In this document: positions 61,204 to 64,000 of the stretch, one piece after another | Layout: every line of letters begins with the position of its first letter | How positions within the stretch are numbered: the first letter of the stretch is position 1 | Assembly (NCBI RefSeq): GCF_004010195.1 | Contig: NC_057718.1 | Span: 82,400,458 to 82,464,457, forward strand | Reading direction: 5' to 3' | Length of the DNA: 64,000 nucleotides | Origin: Chiloscyllium plagiosum | Taxonomy: Eukaryota | The notes under the pieces: generated by a model | What the model saw: only the letters and a program-made list of their open reading frames with translations | What the model was told of the DNA's origin: nothing | The model's database searches: none | Program-made: the position numbers and the translations under genes

Positions 61204-63725
61204 TTGGGGACCCTTACTGAGCTGCTGAGAGACCATTTGATATGTGGGATTAATTATGGAACTTCGCAAAAATGCCTACTAGCGGAAGTCCAACCAGACT
61301 TCAAACAGACATCACAATTGGCTTTATCATTGGAAAATTTGGCAAATGGAGCATATGAGTTACAGGGACTTGAGGAACGCCCCTTGAGTGTAGACAGTTG
61401 TGTAGCCTCACTCAGGACATATCCTGATCAGAGGGACTCTGGGTCAGCCCACAGCAAAACCCCAAAACCAAGCCAAGCCTCAGCCAAATGGTTCAAATTG
61501 TCTTGGGGATCCTGGCCAGCAAGTCATTGTAGTTGCTGCCAGAATACAGACTCGAGACAGCTAAAGAGTCCTACTAGACCTAAACTGAGTGAGATAATTC
61601 AGAGGCCAGCATCCAGGAGAGTTCATACCCTGGAAAGTCCACCTGCATCTGGTTTGGACCAGTTAAATTGCTTAGCAACATCCACATTAGAACCAATCAA
61701 AATAAATGTCTGGTTAAATGATCGTCTGGTTCTAATGGAGGTCAATACCCATGTGGCCGCATCAGTGATCGCAGAATCAGATTTTAACAAAATTCTCTTT
61801 GGACCCCCAACCTTAACTTTGCACAACATCTCAGCTAGGCCAAGAACCTATAACAGGGAACCTTTACAGATTAAGGCTAGAACTTCGGTTCTGGTCTCTT
61901 ATGAGAAGCAGCTGGTCCAGTTACCACTGATTGTAGTGAAGGCTTGGGCCCAAGCTTAATGGGGTGAAATTGGTTGTGAGAGATTCACTTAGATTGGCTC
62001 AATATTTTTCAATTAGAAAATGGCTGCCTAAGTGAAATTCTAAGTAAATACCCGGAAGTCTTCTTGCAAGGTCTAGGGATTATCAGAGGAGCCAAGGCCA
62101 CCTTGTATGTTGACCAGGAAGCAGTTCCTCGATTCTGCAAGGCCTGTCCAGTGCCATTTGCCTTATGGGCAAAAGCAGAGGCAGACATCAGGCGCTGCAA
62201 AGTGAAGAAGTCATCAAACCAGTCCAATTTATGGAATGGGCAGTACCGGTCATCGTGAAGCCCAATGCATCAGTTCATCTTTGTGGGGAATTGAAACAAA
62301 TGGTAAACTGTTTTTGCAGCTGGATAGATACCCAGTCACTGGGATAGAGGGTTTATATGTGATTGTCATGAGCAAAAGTCACTGCTAGATATGGCTGAAC
62401 TCCACCAGGGCCATCCAAGAGTCTCCAGAATGAAGACGTTGGCAAGGTGTGGGCGAGTTGCTGGCGGTAATCTTTGTTCTTGTTGGCACTCTGGGCACTG
62501 CCGCACCAATGTAGTTGTGGACCTGGTGGTCAGGCCTGGATGCAGACACAACTATCGCAGTGCCCAGAGTGCCAAAAAGAACAAAAGGTATTTCCAGTAA
62601 CTTCCCCACATCCGTGGGAATGGCCAGGTGAACCTTGGACTCAGTTGCATGTCAACTATGCAGGTCCTTTTATAGGTTCAGTATTCTTTCTCATTACAGA
62701 TGTCCACTCAAAGTGGTTGGACATCCATAGAGTCCATTCTTCAAACACAGGGATGACGATAGAAAAACTGCACGCATCTTTTTCAATACACAGAGTCCTG
62801 CAAGTGTTGGTCACAGATAATAGGCCATTGTTTATCAGCAGGGAATTTAGGTATTCCCGAAAATCAAATGGCATTTGACATATCAGAAGGGCTCCATACC
62901 ATCCATCGTCTTTTGGTCTTGCAGAAAACTCAGTCCTAACTTTGAAGACAGGCTTAAAGAAACAACCTTGCAAGATGCCAATCTGTCATGGTTCTTATTT
63001 GATTATAGAAGCACTCCACAACAAGGGATAGCACTGGCAGATTTGCTAATGGGTAGAACATCAGGTTAAGTCTGATCTTCCAGGACCTGGGGGTGGGATG
63101 GGTGAAACAGCTTCAGGAATGCCAGTGCCAGGCACAAGACTCCACCCAGTGAGAGGGGCAGTTGGATAAAGGGTGAGAAGTTTGGTGTAGGAATCACAGA
63201 AATGGCCTGCACGGGTAAGAGGCATGGACAATGCGAGATCAGGACCAGTGACGTATAAAGTTTGTGTAGGTGTGACAGTCCTGAACAAGCATGTGGACCA
63301 TATGAAAGCCACTCCTCGGAACAGTCAGAAAGGCTGCCAGAAACTGTGGGTTCACCGTCTCCATCGAATGTTATCGAGTCCTCAGAATCAGAGTTAGATA
63401 TAATGGATGTAGCCACCTTAACACCTTTGCTGCTGGAAGAAGAGACTGACATTCTACCGAGGTGATCCTGGTCCATGAGGCGAGCTCCCACACCTAACAT
63501 GCCACCCTGGATTGGACACCAAATCAGAGGCACCTGACCTGGTGCTAAATGCCCCAGGAGGCTCCCTATGAAAAAGAACCAACTTATGGCCTTGGACTCG
63601 GAGAGAGAGGGATGTAGTAATTGTAATGAGGTCAGCACTTGAAGATCATAGAATATGAGTTCTCTAATTGGTGCTGTTAGTCTGGCCCAATCAGCGATCC
63701 CTGGCTGACAGATATAAACAGGAAT
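61204..63725 (+). mobile_element. Gypsy LTR retrotransposon remnant (gag C-terminus, PR, RT start, IN, PPT, partial 3' LTR)
   Basis: LRDHLICGI, PVPFAL, EWAVPV, LHQGHP..CPECQ..PWEWP..HVNYAGPF..DVHSKW..VTDN; PPT gagagagaggga 63601-63612; LTR tgtagt at 63613. Confidence 0.9.
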
Positions 63726-64000
63726 GGTGTCCTCGGCGCTGTCACCCTGGGCAGGTACCGGGGCGGGCTGCCCCAGAGGTGGTCGAAAGGTGCTGAGGGT
63801 GGTTAGTGAAGCCGGAAGGTGGGTAGGCCGTTCTGACTGCTGTCACCCTGGGCGGGTACCGGGGCGGGCTGTCCTAGAGATGGTCGAAAGGTGTGTCAGG
63901 GCGGACCGAGGACTGGAAGGGGCATGGGGTGGACCGAGAACCGGAAGGTGGGTAGGGGCAGGCTGCCTTAGAGTGGTCGGAAGGTGGGAGGGGCGGGGGC
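63726..64000. repeat. CpG-rich repeat with a period of about 101 bp, running off the window
   Basis: gctgtcaccctgggc(a/g)ggtaccggggcgggctg at 63738 and 63839; ccggaaggtgggtagg recurs. Confidence 0.7.

Noticed and set aside
61204..61959. 251-aa ORF as a host or domesticated gene
   Set aside because: It is Gypsy gag-protease sequence with a degenerate catalytic motif (EVNT for DTG), contiguous with a frameshifted pol.
1..64000. CRISPR array or prokaryotic operon/defence system
   Set aside because: No repeat-spacer periodicity or dense coding; the sequence is vertebrate repeat DNA.

Overview
This is eukaryotic, transposon-dominated DNA with no host protein-coding gene I can recognise; nearly every long ORF in the track is a decayed retroelement fragment or an ORF created by a SINE. 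The repeat complement (HE1 V-SINEs, HER1/CR1 LINEs, Deu-domain SINEs) points to a cartilaginous fish, probably a carpet or bamboo shark (inference). Contents: about 15 HE1 SINEs, more than 15 CR1/HER1 LINE pieces, three Tx1 LINE 3' ends, three Rex1/Babar-type pieces, a Gmr1-like Gypsy element (integrase upstream of RNase H, tRNA-Pro-like PBS) with a related solo LTR, a second Gypsy family (two internal remnants, two solo LTRs), pogo/Tigger-type MITEs, and about a dozen Penelope-like (PLE) insertions from two families. The strongest signal is the PLE-derived mini-elements. Most are 100-800 bp, several are fold-backs, most have 11-17 bp target-site duplications, and they carry minimal hammerhead-ribozyme motifs (CTGA[T/A]GA-A-stem II-GAAA-NNUH), sometimes on both strands. 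Also present are two local inverted duplications forming hairpins (11.7 kb, 62.5 kb), a 239-bp tandem duplication and two assembly gaps. Family names come from recalled motifs, not database searches, and boundaries without a stated TSD are approximate.
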